From: an uncultured Gemmatimonadales bacterium
GTDB taxonomy: Bacteria; Gemmatimonadota; Gemmatimonadetes; Longimicrobiales; RSA9
Assembly: GCA_963708135.1 (NCBI GenBank)
Contig: OY970192.1
Coordinates: 4,736,001-4,800,000, forward strand
DNA: 64,000 bases
Direction of reading: 5' to 3'
Shown here piece by piece: positions 1 to 8,894 of the stretch. The first letter of the stretch is position 1. Every line of letters starts with the position of its first letter. The notes under the pieces were generated by a model that made no database searches, was not told the origin of the DNA, and worked only from the letters and a program-made list of their open reading frames with translations. A program made the translations under genes and the position numbers.

Positions 1-44
1 AGTACGTGGCGACGCTCCTTCCGCTGGCGGCGGGTGCGCGGTGA
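1..44 (+). CDS. 3' end of upstream gene (possibly lasso peptide B2 leader peptidase), partial
   Basis: Open frame ...YVATLLPLAAGAR* whose TGA overlaps the GTG start of the cyclase (GTGA). Identity is inferred from position only. Confidence 0.35.
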   Translation, partial: YVATLLPLAAGAR

Positions 45-1882
45 GCGCCTACCTGTGCGGGCTCCGGCCCACGGGCGAGCCGCTCCGCAGGAGCGACCTG
101 TTCGGCCCCGTGGCGCGACTGGGAGGCGCGGAGGAGCCGCTCCGGTGGATCGAGACGGGGCCGTTCGTAGCGATGTCGCGGGATGCCTCGGCGCCCCGCC
201 CGCTGCTGGCGCGCTGGCGCACGCTGGCCGGTGTGGGCGACGTGCGGCTGGACAATCGGGCCGAGGTCGCCTCCTGGTGCCCGGCGGCGCCGGACACGGC
301 GAGCGACCTGGAGCTGGTGCTGGCGGCGCTCGACGAGATGGGCGAGGCGTGCGTTCCGCGGCTGCTCGGCGACTTCGCCTTCGCGGCATGGGACCCACGG
401 GCGCACAAGCTCTTGGCGGCGCGGGACGCGTTCGGCGTGAAGCAGCTCTTCTACCGCGCCGAGGACGGCCTGCTGCTCTTCTCCTCACGGCTGGCCGCCT
501 TCGAGGCCCCTGGCCGCTACGACCCCGAGTACATCGCGGACTTTCTGGTCACCGGGGGCGCGGCGCGTGACCGCACGATCTGGCTGAACGCGGGGTCGCT
601 CCCCGCCGGGACCCTGCTCGTCCAGCGCGGCACGGTGCGCTCCACCCGCCGCTTCTGGGACCCCGCCGACTACGAGCCGGCCCCGGGTGGCGACCTCCAC
701 GCGCTGCGGGACGAGTTCCGGGCGCTGTTCCGGAAGGCGGTCGCGCTGCGCGCGGAGCCCGGCGCGACGTGGGCGCAGCTCTCGGGCGGGATGGACTCCT
801 CCTCGATCGTGGCCACCGTCCAGTCCATGGCGGCGAGCGGAGCCCTGTCCGGCGGGTTGAGCGGGACGATCACGCTCGTGGACACCCTCGGGAGCGGCGA
901 CGAGCGGCTGTACTCGAACGCGGTGGTCTCCAGGTACGGCGTTCGCAACGAGCTCGTCACGGACTACTGGCCGTGGCAGGACGCCGGGGCCGGCGCACCG
1001 CGGACGGACGAGCCGCGTCCGCTCTATCCGTTCTTCGAGCGGGATCGGCACACGGCGGCGCGGGTGCGGGCCGGCGGTGGGCGCGTGCTGCTCAGCGGGC
1101 TCGGCTCGGACCACTTCCTCTACGGCAACCTCGGCTTCTTCTCCGACATGGCCGCGCACGGGCACGTCCTCGCCGCGCTGGCCGAGGCCGCGCGCTGGGC
1201 CGTGACCTGGCGGCAGTCGTTCTGGAGGGTGGCGGGCCGGCACATCGCCTATCCCTTCCTGCCGCGGGCGCTCAAGCTGCGCATGGCGAACCCGTGGGAG
1301 AGCCTGCCGCGCTGGCTGCCGCAGGGCTACGTGCGACGCTACGACGTCGCGCGGCGGCTCCCGATCATGCGCAAGATCGCCGGCCGGCCGGGGCGCAACT
1401 TCGCGCGCGAGACGGCGGATGAGGTGCTCCGGCTGCCGGAGATGATCGACCGCGAGCCGATCACGGACGGCATTGAGATGCGCTACCCGTTCCTGTACCG
1501 CCCCCTGGCCGAGTTGTGTCTCCGGCTGCCCATCCAGGCGCGTGTGCGGCCGGAGACCCGCAAGTGGGTGCTGCGGGAGGCGATGCGCGACGTGCTGCCG
1601 GAGACGGTCTACCGGCGGGTGCGGAAAGGCAGCATCGACGCCCGCATCCTGTGGGCGTTCGACCGCGAGCGCGGCCGGCTGGACGCCCTGCTGCGCGAGC
1701 CGATCCTGGCCGAGCTCGGCTGCGTGGACGCCGGCGCGCTGCGCGGCGCGGTGGAGGCGGCGCGGCGGGGCAGCGCGCCCAACCTGGTGTTCCTCGTCTT
1801 CGCGCTGTCGCTGGAGACGTGGCTGTCGGTCCGGCATGGCCGGTGGACGGCACGGCCCGCGGCCGCGCAGCCCGCGGCGTGA
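41..1882 (+). CDS. Lasso peptide cyclase (asparagine synthetase-like, C protein)
   Basis: AsnB-like motifs RLDNR, GDFAF, ARDxFG, LSGGMDSSSI, SGLGSD and RYPFL; no N-terminal catalytic Cys; directly followed by a lasso precursor. Confidence 0.88.
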   Translation: MSAYLCGLRPTGEPLRRSDLFGPVARLGGAEEPLRWIETGPFVAMSRDASAPRPLLARWRTLAGVGDVRLDNRAEVASWCPAAPDTASDLELVLAALDEMGEACVPRLLGDFAFAAWDPRAHKLLAARDAFGVKQLFYRAEDGLLLFSSRLAAFEAPGRYDPEYIADFLVTGGAARDRTIWLNAGSLPAGTLLVQRGTVRSTRRFWDPADYEPAPGGDLHALRDEFRALFRKAVALRAEPGATWAQLSGGMDSSSIVATVQSMAASGALSGGLSGTITLVDTLGSGDERLYSNAVVSRYGVRNELVTDYWPWQDAGAGAPRTDEPRPLYPFFERDRHTAARVRAGGGRVLLSGLGSDHFLYGNLGFFSDMAAHGHVLAALAEAARWAVTWRQSFWRVAGRHIAYPFLPRALKLRMANPWESLPRWLPQGYVRRYDVARRLPIMRKIAGRPGRNFARETADEVLRLPEMIDREPITDGIEMRYPFLYRPLAELCLRLPIQARVRPETRKWVLREAMRDVLPETVYRRVRKGSIDARILWAFDRERGRLDALLREPILAELGCVDAGALRGAVEAARRGSAPNLVFLVFALSLETWLSVRHGRWTARPAAAQPAA

Positions 1883-1935
1883 ACGCCGGACCCGTTTCGA
1901 TGGAGACCTACTAAACCTCAGGAGGGGAGAGGACC

Positions 1936-2076
1936 ATGGAGCAGAGCAAGAAGGCGTACACGCCCCCGTCGCTGGTGGAGCACGGCAAGGTGGAGGAGGA
2001 GACGAAGGGCTTCTGCACGTTCGACTGGGAGTCGTACGGCGCCCAGCAGCAGGACCCGCAGCCGATCAAGCCGTAG
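1936..2076 (+). CDS. Lasso peptide precursor, 46 aa (MEQSKKAYTPPSLVEHGKVEEETK-GFCTFDWESYGAQQQDPQPIKP)
   Basis: Translated by hand. Purine-rich RBS, leader motif YxxPxL...G, Thr at -2, core Gly1 with Glu8. Confidence 0.9.
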   Translation: MEQSKKAYTPPSLVEHGKVEEETKGFCTFDWESYGAQQQDPQPIKP

Positions 2077-2087
2077 ACGAGCCTATT

Positions 2088-2120
2088 GGCCGCGGACGGG
2101 GCGCTTGCCCGCCCGCGGCC
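2088..2120. terminator. GC-rich hairpin after the precursor gene
   Basis: GGCCGCGG-A-CGGG ... CCCG-C-CCGCGGCC inverted repeat between convergent genes; no clear U-tract. Confidence 0.45.
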
Positions 2121-2391
2121 GGGAGATCCGACGGACGCGTGACGCTGGTGGTGTGGACGGTGTGGAGTGTCGATGGGTGCACTGGAACGGCACGAGGGGC
2201 CATCGCCTCCCACCGTCCCGCCACCGCGCCGCGCGGCTGCCGATGATCCGGAGCGCAGTCCCCCGGACGGTGCCTGGCGACCGAGCAGTCCGATTGCCCC
2301 GAGCCAGCTGGACCCGACCCCGCAGTGCAGCCCGCCCATACTCCCAGGCCGCCGTCCATGGGGTCCGCCGCGGGGTGAGCGACCGAGAAGC

Positions 2392-3231
2392 TCACCCCGC
2401 GGCAAACTCCACGGTCACGCGATGCGGGATCACGCCCTCCTCGAATCCCCGATCCAGGAACAGCTGCACCGCGCGCCGGCCGTCCTCGCCGTAATCCAGC
2501 GTGCGGGCGTTGACGTACATGCCGACGAACTCGTCCGTCTGCGCGCGGTCGAGCCCGCGGCCGTAGGACTCCGCGTGCGCCAGCGCGGCGCTCCGGTGCT
2601 GGAGCCCGTAGGCGATCGACTGCCGCAGGAGCGCGGAGACGCGCGCGATGAGCTCGGGACCGAGATCGCGCCGGATGGCGTTGCCGCCGAGCGGGAGCGG
2701 CAGCCCACCGGTCTCGCCGGCCCACCACTCGCCCAGGTCCGCGACGAGGCGCAGTCCCGCGTCCGCGTAGGTGAGCTGTCCTTCGTGGATCAGCACCCCC
2801 GCATCGGCCCTGCCGGCGGCCACGTAGTCCATGATCTCGTCGAACGGGACCACCACCGTCGCGAGCTCCGGCTGGTAGAGCCGGAGCGCGAGCGCGGTGG
2901 AGGTCATGGTCCCCGGGATGGCGACGGTGCGGCCCCCGAGGTCCGCCGCCGAGAGCGGCTCCCGCGCCACGATGCGCGGGCCGTAGCGCTCGCCCATCGA
3001 GGCGCCGTGCGGCAGCAGCATGTAGGTGTCGGCGAGGTAGGCGTAGGCGTGGATCGAGACCGCTGTGACCTCGAGCTCGCCCGCCAGCGCGCGGCGGTTC
3101 AACGTCTCGATGTCCTGCAGCTCGTGGACGAACTCGAGGTCGCCGGTGTCGATCTTCCCCTCGGCCAGGGCGTAGAACATGAACGCGTCGTCGGAGTCCG
3201 GAGAGTGCGCGACGCGGATCGTCCTCGACAT
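2392..3231 (-). CDS. mqnD: MqnA/MqnD family protein, likely 1,4-dihydroxy-6-naphthoate synthase (futalosine menaquinone pathway)
   Basis: HSPDSDDAFMFYAL, DIETLN, LIHEGQLTY and PLPLGGNAIRRDLG motifs; start moved to ATG at 3231. Confidence 0.85.
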   Translation of the reverse strand: MSRTIRVAHSPDSDDAFMFYALAEGKIDTGDLEFVHELQDIETLNRRALAGELEVTAVSIHAYAYLADTYMLLPHGASMGERYGPRIVAREPLSAADLGGRTVAIPGTMTSTALALRLYQPELATVVVPFDEIMDYVAAGRADAGVLIHEGQLTYADAGLRLVADLGEWWAGETGGLPLPLGGNAIRRDLGPELIARVSALLRQSIAYGLQHRSAALAHAESYGRGLDRAQTDEFVGMYVNARTLDYGEDGRRAVQLFLDRGFEEGVIPHRVTVEFAAG

Positions 3232-3424
3232 GTGAAGCTCCGCTGGATCGGTGGACGGAAGCGGCGCAACGTAGGCGGGCGGACCTTCCACTGTCAAACG
3301 ACGGACGGGTCGGGGATGGCGTGGGGGTTCGGGTTCGACAAGGCCGGCTCGCCGGGGTGCGCGTGGACTGCGGCCCCGTAGCCCCGCGGCGAGACCGTTC
3401 AGGGGGGCGGCGGGTATTTCGGGC

Positions 3425-4666
3425 ATGGCATTTGGATTCGATCGGCCGGGCTCCGCGCCCGGCGCCGCGCTGGCCGAGCGGCTGAAGGCCGAGGGCCTGC
3501 GGCTGGGATTCGACGCGGTCGGGATCGCGGCGCTCGGGCCGAGCGACCACGCGGCGTTCTACCGCGCGTGGCTCGCGGCGGGACGCCATGGCGAGATGGC
3601 GTACCTGGCGCGGCCGGACGCGGTGGAGAAGCGGGCGAACCCGGCGCGGGCGTGGGGGCTGCGGTCCGCCGTCGTCGCCCTGCACGGCTATGCGCCGGAG
3701 GGCGACGATCCGGCCGGGGATCCCTCGCGCGGCGTGATCGCGCGCTACGCCCGCGGGCGGGATTACCACAGGGTGGTGAAGAAGCGGCTGCTCGCGCTGC
3801 TCGGCTGGCTGGAGGCGGAGCTCGGCCGTAGGCTGCCCGCGGCGCGCGCTTACGTCGACACGGGCCCCGTGCTCGAGCGCGAGCTGGCGCGGCGGGCCGG
3901 GCTCGGCTGGTTCGGCCGCAACACCATGCTCATCGACCCGCGGCGGGGGTCGTACCTCTTCATCGGCACGCTGCTGCTCGACCTGGAGCTTCCGCCGGAT
4001 CCGCCGTTCGAGGCGGACCGTTGCGGCACGTGCCGGGCGTGTCTGGACGCCTGCCCGACGGGCGCGCTGCTGGGCCGCAATGCGGCCGGCGCGCCGGTGA
4101 TGGATGCCACGCGCTGCATCTCCTACCTCACGATCGAGCAGCGCGGGCCGATCCCGGAGCAGCTGCGGCCGGCCATCCGTAACCGCGTGTACGGCTGCGA
4201 CATCTGCCAGGAATGTTGCCCATACACCCGTAAATTCTCACGACCGTCGTCCGAACCAGCGTTCGCGTCCCGCGGGCCGGGGGAAGCGCCGTTCGGCGTG
4301 CAGCTGGTGGCCGGCGCGTCACGGTCGCACCCGGGCACGCGGTCGCCTTCACTGATTGCGCTGCTCGAGATGTCCCTGGACGAGGCGGCGTGGGATTCGT
4401 TCTCGCGCGGCTCCGCGATACGGCGCTCCGGCAGGGCCGGATTCGCACGCAACGTGTGCGTCGGACTCGGCAACTGGGGCTCGCCAGAGGCCGTCGCCGT
4501 GCTCTCGCGGGCGTTATCCGACCCCGAACCGTTGGTGCGCGCGCACGCCGCCTGGGCACTCGGCAGAGTGGGCTCTGCCGAGGCCAGGTCAGCGCTGTCA
4601 GCGGCCGCGTCGGTGGAAACCGACGCGGCCGTGCTGGAGGAGTTGTCCGCGGCGATGGCCGCCTGA
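3425..4666 (+). CDS. queG: Epoxyqueuosine reductase, hybrid gene (host 5' part plus island-encoded 3' part from ~4213)
   Basis: ARYARGRDYH, YVDTGPVLER, CGTCRACLDACPT, CISYLTIE, GCDICQ and a HEAT-like tail. Confidence 0.93.
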   Translation: MAFGFDRPGSAPGAALAERLKAEGLRLGFDAVGIAALGPSDHAAFYRAWLAAGRHGEMAYLARPDAVEKRANPARAWGLRSAVVALHGYAPEGDDPAGDPSRGVIARYARGRDYHRVVKKRLLALLGWLEAELGRRLPAARAYVDTGPVLERELARRAGLGWFGRNTMLIDPRRGSYLFIGTLLLDLELPPDPPFEADRCGTCRACLDACPTGALLGRNAAGAPVMDATRCISYLTIEQRGPIPEQLRPAIRNRVYGCDICQECCPYTRKFSRPSSEPAFASRGPGEAPFGVQLVAGASRSHPGTRSPSLIALLEMSLDEAAWDSFSRGSAIRRSGRAGFARNVCVGLGNWGSPEAVAVLSRALSDPEPLVRAHAAWALGRVGSAEARSALSAAASVETDAAVLEELSAAMAA

Positions 4667-6357
4667 CGGTCGAGCGCGAAGAACTTCGGGTCGTTCGGCG
4701 CCGTGCGGAGCACAACAGCGGCCGACTTGTTGTTCGCGCGGAGCTTGCCGGGCACCGGTTCGACGATGACCTGCACGTCGTAGACCCAGTAGTCGAGCAG
4801 AATCTTCCGCTCCTCCTCACCCAGGCCCGGCCACGCGTCTGCGAGGTTGCGCGTCTCGCTGATGATGGTGGACAGGCGGTCCCACGCGTCTTCACGCGAC
4901 CGCGCGAACTTCTCCGCGTCCTTGAGCTCGGTGCGCGCAGCCGTCAGCTGCTGCTGGACAGCCCGCGCCTCCTTCTCGAACGCCTTGCTGTCGAAGTTCT
5001 CGTCGGCCGTGAGCACGGCCAGCGTGCGAGCGAGCTTGCTGTTCTGCCGCTCGAGGCGCTCGACCTCCTCCCTGGCCGACGCGACGGCCTCGTCCGCCTG
5101 CTTCCGGAACTCGTCGCGCTCCAGAATCGCCTGACGGACGAGGTCCTCGAACTCGGCGGAACCGCGCTCCGCGGCGATGAGGTCCTTGATGCCGTTCTCC
5201 AGTTCCTCCGCGTCCACGTACCAGACCTTGCAGCCGCACTCCATGAACCGCTGGTGCGCCTCCGCGTCCATGCGCTTCTTCGGCTTGGTGTGGACGTACG
5301 AGCGGGTGCGGCCCTGCGCCTCGGCGAGCCTGCCGCCGTGGTACTCGCCACCGCAATGGGCGCAGCCGGGCTTCAGGGGGAAGCCGCCCCGCTTCTTGCG
5401 CTTGGCGTTACGCGGCTGACGGTTCCGCTGCTCGAGCTCCTTCTCGACGGCCCTGAACAGGTCGACGTCCACGAACGGCTCCCACTTCGCCGTCACACGC
5501 ACGGGGTTCTTCTCGCCCGCGGGCGTGTACTCCACGAGGCCGATGAGGCCCGGGTTCGTGAGGAAGTTCTTGATGCTGCGGTGCCCGAGCTTGCCGCGGC
5601 GGGGACCGCGAACGCCGGCCTCTGTGAGCATGTCACCCACGGCGTCGAGGGATGCACCGGCGATGATACGGTTCGCGCACACCTCCCAGCGGGCCAGCAC
5701 CGGCTGGTCCGCAACCAGGACAGTCCCGCCGCCGCCGGGGGTGGACTGCTGTCCCTTGCTGAGAATCTTGCCGGTCCGCGTATCCATGCGCTTCGTGCCC
5801 CACGGTGCCGCGCCGCCCGTCCACCAACCCTGCGAGGCGTGATTGCCCATACCGCGCTTGACGTTGTTGGAGAGGTTGGTCGAGTAGATGGCCGCTGCGT
5901 ACGCGTAGAGCGCCATGGTGACGATGTCCGCCAGGTTGTCACCAACGCGGTTCACGGTGACGAAGTGGAGCTGCCACCCGGCCGACTCGAACTCCCCGTA
6001 CATGGACAGGAAGGCGAGGATGTCGGGCTTTCCGTCCTCGTCGAGGACGCGACCGAAACGCGAGGGGTCGTAGATATAGATGATTCCGGGGTCCGACTTG
6101 GGGCGCCGGTTCGCGCGGCAGAACTCACGGAGCTGCGAGAGCTGGTCGCGGTCGAACGTCGTACCCGTGCAGCTGTCGGCGAACCACCAGTTGTCGTCGA
6201 ACACGCCGAACTTGGACAGGATGGCTTCCTTCTGCTGGTCGTGTGAAGCGACCTGCCGCTCCTCACCCGTCGTGCTCTTCCGCGTGTAGAACAGGACTGC
6301 CGGGATGAGGCCGGCGGCAGCCGCAATGCGCTCGACCCAGGAACGAAACTTCTTCAT
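4123..6357 (-). CDS. Large serine recombinase (integrase) with a C-terminal extension antisense to queG
   Basis: YTRKST catalytic Ser motif, S-x-x-Q-Q, DSCTGT-x-x-DR, YDPSRFGR, recombinase domain (APWG), zinc ribbon CAHCG and coiled coil. Confidence 0.92.
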   Translation of the reverse strand: MKKFRSWVERIAAAAGLIPAVLFYTRKSTTGEERQVASHDQQKEAILSKFGVFDDNWWFADSCTGTTFDRDQLSQLREFCRANRRPKSDPGIIYIYDPSRFGRVLDEDGKPDILAFLSMYGEFESAGWQLHFVTVNRVGDNLADIVTMALYAYAAAIYSTNLSNNVKRGMGNHASQGWWTGGAAPWGTKRMDTRTGKILSKGQQSTPGGGGTVLVADQPVLARWEVCANRIIAGASLDAVGDMLTEAGVRGPRRGKLGHRSIKNFLTNPGLIGLVEYTPAGEKNPVRVTAKWEPFVDVDLFRAVEKELEQRNRQPRNAKRKKRGGFPLKPGCAHCGGEYHGGRLAEAQGRTRSYVHTKPKKRMDAEAHQRFMECGCKVWYVDAEELENGIKDLIAAERGSAEFEDLVRQAILERDEFRKQADEAVASAREEVERLERQNSKLARTLAVLTADENFDSKAFEKEARAVQQQLTAARTELKDAEKFARSREDAWDRLSTIISETRNLADAWPGLGEEERKILLDYWVYDVQVIVEPVPGKLRANNKSAAVVLRTAPNDPKFFALDRQAAIAADNSSSTAASVSTDAAADSADLASAEPTLPSAQAACARTNGSGSDNARESTATASGEPQLPSPTHTLRANPALPERRIAEPRENESHAASSRDISSSAISEGDRVPGCDRDAPATSCTPNGASPGPRDANAGSDDGRENLRVYGQHSWQMSQPYTRLRMAGRSCSGIGPRCSIVR
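4207..4231. other. attL (core CCAGGA 4207-4212 plus attP arm CACCCGT 4225-4231)
   Basis: Core shared with 43587-43592; the arm is the reverse complement of ACGGGTG at 43566-43572. Confidence 0.8.
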
Positions 6358-6387
6358 GTGGACCTGCCTTCTGGAGCCACGCTCCGT

Positions 6388-6609
6388 TTAGTCGCTCAGT
6401 GCCTTGAGCAGGTGGTTAGCGATGACCTCTGCTGAACGGCGCCGGAACACCCTGTCCTGCGCTTCGTCGTCCAGCCGGGCCTGAACTGCCTTTGCGCGCT
6501 TCTCGAGCGCCTTCGGCGAAATGAGGCCGGCGAGCCGGTGGGGCAGAGCCGAGCCACGGGGCTGCGCCGCAGCCCCCTGATTCAGCGTCGATTCTGCCTT
6601 CGTGCTCAT
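6388..6609 (-). CDS. Small basic protein upstream of the recombinase (possible directionality or accessory factor)
   Basis: 73-aa ATG ORF, co-oriented and 30 bp from the recombinase; function inferred from position. Confidence 0.5.
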   Translation of the reverse strand: MSTKAESTLNQGAAAQPRGSALPHRLAGLISPKALEKRAKAVQARLDDEAQDRVFRRRSAEVIANHLLKALSD

Positions 6610-6798
6610 TGCCTTCGGTCCGCCGTCCTGCTGTGCTCGGCTGGTCCCCGTGACCGCCGTATGAGCACTCTGTGGGCTTTTGAAGGCGACCCGGTAGTGG
6701 GGGGGTCAGGTCACGGCCGGGCGGGCCCCGGATGGCGCCGGGTTTCGGCTCTGCCCGACCACCGGACGCGGCAAGGAACGCCCGGGCGGCCAGCCGAA

Positions 6799-7917
6799 TC
6801 ACCGGACGTTCCTTCGGAGGCTGGCCGGCATGCAGATGTCGTCAGGACGCAGGGTGTAGCAGGTGCCGGGACGGGCTTCCACGTCCAGCAGTCGAAGCAG
6901 CGCGAGGTCAACAGCGGCCTGTATCCAGCCGAGTCCGGCGCGGGGTGTCACCTCGCTTGGCGCGTTCGCGACTGCCGCCGCCACGTACGCGAGTACCGAA
7001 TCAGGGACGGTGATGCCGAACCCGAATGCCTCGGCCGCCCTCACTGCCTTTACAGCGGCAGTCCGATAGATGGGTACCAGTTGGTGCGGCTCCAGGCGGC
7101 TGAACGGCACAATCATGGGGAACCGGCTCGCGAACTCCGGCAGGTAGCCGTACGCGACCAGGTCGCTTGGACCGGGGTCGGCGGGAAGTCCCTCGAACGC
7201 ACCGGCCGCGATGACCAGCATGTCGTCAGTCACGACCGAAACAGCTCGGCCCCGGTCCCCGTCCTCGGGGAAGCGAACCGGTACTCCTCCGGAGGCCAAG
7301 GTCAGCAGGCTGACCTGTTGACCGCGCTTGTGCTGTTTGCTGGTGCCCTGGGCATCACGGATTGCGACCTTGCAGGCTTCGTCCAACACGATGACGGCCC
7401 GCTGCATGACTTCGAGGTCGCGGTCGCACGTGGCGTAGAGTTCCGCCAACGCCGCATTCGCGTTGACGCCTGACCACCCGGCTTCTGAAGACGTACTGAT
7501 GTCCCATACGAGCGCCGGACACGACATGGCGCGCGCGAGTGCGACGAGAGTCGAGCTCTTACCCGAGCCGCTCGGTCCAATGACCAATGCCCGGTTACCG
7601 CCCCCCAGATGCACGTGCCGCGCACCGATGAGGCACAGTGCGTCCACGGCTGCGTCCTGACCGACAATGTCTGCGCGCAAGTGTCGGCGAATCTCACGGA
7701 ACGCAGCCGCCATAACGCCCGCCGGCGGCGGAGTGACTTCAGGTTCAGAGCTGTGCGTCACGACGGCTCCACATTCGCAACGCGGCCTTTCTGGCGCCCC
7801 TCGCACCGCGGGTCCGAGGCCGGCTGAACAGAAGGGACAGTTGACGGTCAGCGCCGATATGACCAGTTCGCGCTCATGGTTGCCGTCGGCCAACCAGTAC
7901 CTGCGTCGTGCACGCAT
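6799..7917 (-). CDS. ClpX-like AAA+ ATPase with N-terminal Zn finger
   Basis: CPFC..CEC, IVGQDAA, Walker A GPSGSGKS, Walker B IVLDE, QQVSLL, AGAFEGL and LPEFASRFP; AAGGAGG RBS before ATG 7917. Confidence 0.82.
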   Translation of the reverse strand: MRARRRYWLADGNHERELVISALTVNCPFCSAGLGPAVRGAPERPRCECGAVVTHSSEPEVTPPPAGVMAAAFREIRRHLRADIVGQDAAVDALCLIGARHVHLGGGNRALVIGPSGSGKSSTLVALARAMSCPALVWDISTSSEAGWSGVNANAALAELYATCDRDLEVMQRAVIVLDEACKVAIRDAQGTSKQHKRGQQVSLLTLASGGVPVRFPEDGDRGRAVSVVTDDMLVIAAGAFEGLPADPGPSDLVAYGYLPEFASRFPMIVPFSRLEPHQLVPIYRTAAVKAVRAAEAFGFGITVPDSVLAYVAAAVANAPSEVTPRAGLGWIQAAVDLALLRLLDVEARPGTCYTLRPDDICMPASLRRNVR

Positions 7918-7991
7918 GTAGCCTCCTTGTTGCGTGTCCGGCACAGGCTACCCGGCCGGATTCGCAGGCAGGAATCCGACCGGGCCCTAGT

Positions 7992-8213
7992 CTAGCGGCG
8001 GCCAGCGGCCGGCCGCGGGCTGGCTGTGTAGGTGGGGCCGTCGAGCGCGCGTGTGAGCGACTCCATGTATTCATCGAGTTCCTCGATGCGCAGCTGGAGT
8101 GCTTCCAGTTCAGCGATTCTGACGCGGCGCTCGATGAGCGCATTGGCGCGGTCGCGATGCGCCGTCTGGAGCTGGGCGGTGAGACGATCGCGATGTGACT
8201 TCGACCTGTTCAT
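7992..8213 (-). CDS. Small coiled-coil hypothetical protein
   Basis: 73-aa ORF with a heptad-like L/E/R pattern, co-oriented with the ATPase. Confidence 0.55.
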   Translation of the reverse strand: MNRSKSHRDRLTAQLQTAHRDRANALIERRVRIAELEALQLRIEELDEYMESLTRALDGPTYTASPRPAAGRR

Positions 8214-8410
8214 GGCGGGAGGTGGTTAGAGGTGGGAGGTGGGAGGTGGGATACCGCGGGTACGACCATCACTACCTGCTCGTCGTTGCAAACAGCAAGC
8301 GGTCCGTCAACGAGGATGACCGGCGGATTCCTCCGAACGGCCCGCGTCGGGTAGGCTCCACTGTGAGCGTTCGAGTGTGACACGCCGCACTGGACCCGGA
8401 GGAGCCTGCG

Positions 8411-8797
8411 ATGACGATTGCGGAACTACTTCAGCGCTGGACCGACGAAGCTGCACAGCTACGTGAGCGGTACGGCATGGAGGCGGCGGCACGTCTGTGC
8501 GACGCGCACGTGCGTGAACTGACTGCAGCGCTGCACGCGCGCCAGGACGAACTGCTGACCATCGCAGCCGCTGCGGTGGAAACTCGCTACTCAACCCAAC
8601 ATCTCCGTGCGCTCATCGCAGAGGGCGCCATTCCGAATGCCGGTTCAAAGGGACGACCACGTATCCGCCGGGCCGACCTTCCTCCGCCGAAGAGCGTCTC
8701 CTCACGTGTGCGTGCGGCTGCGGCCGACAGCCGCCAGCGAAATCAGGCGAACCGAAAGAAGGTGTTCGATGCGAGCCGGATCGTACGCCGTCCATGA
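8411..8797 (+). CDS. Excisionase/AlpA-like HTH DNA-binding protein
   Basis: LLTIAAAAVETRYSTQHLRALIAEGAIP...RIRRADL pattern; GGAGGAG RBS; precedes the integrase. Confidence 0.72.
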   Translation: MTIAELLQRWTDEAAQLRERYGMEAAARLCDAHVRELTAALHARQDELLTIAAAAVETRYSTQHLRALIAEGAIPNAGSKGRPRIRRADLPPPKSVSSRVRAAAADSRQRNQANRKKVFDASRIVRRP

Positions 8798-8894
8798 CGT
8801 GACTTGGCGGCGGCCCGGAAGCGGGAGTAGGGTCGAGGTGCGGCTACGAATCAGCGTCGTCCGCAATGCCACTCAACCATAAGGACACCAGCAC

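Noticed and set aside
3316..3381. Short ORF MAWGFGFDKAGSPG... resembling the QueG N-terminus MAFGFDRPGSAPG
   Set aside because: The similarity is short and could be chance or a small duplication scar; no evidence of function.
4390..6246. Long shadow ORFs (e.g. 4390-6246+, 32466-34973-, 54961-57162+, 59164-61515+)
   Set aside because: They are antisense to well-supported genes in GC-rich DNA and show no motifs.
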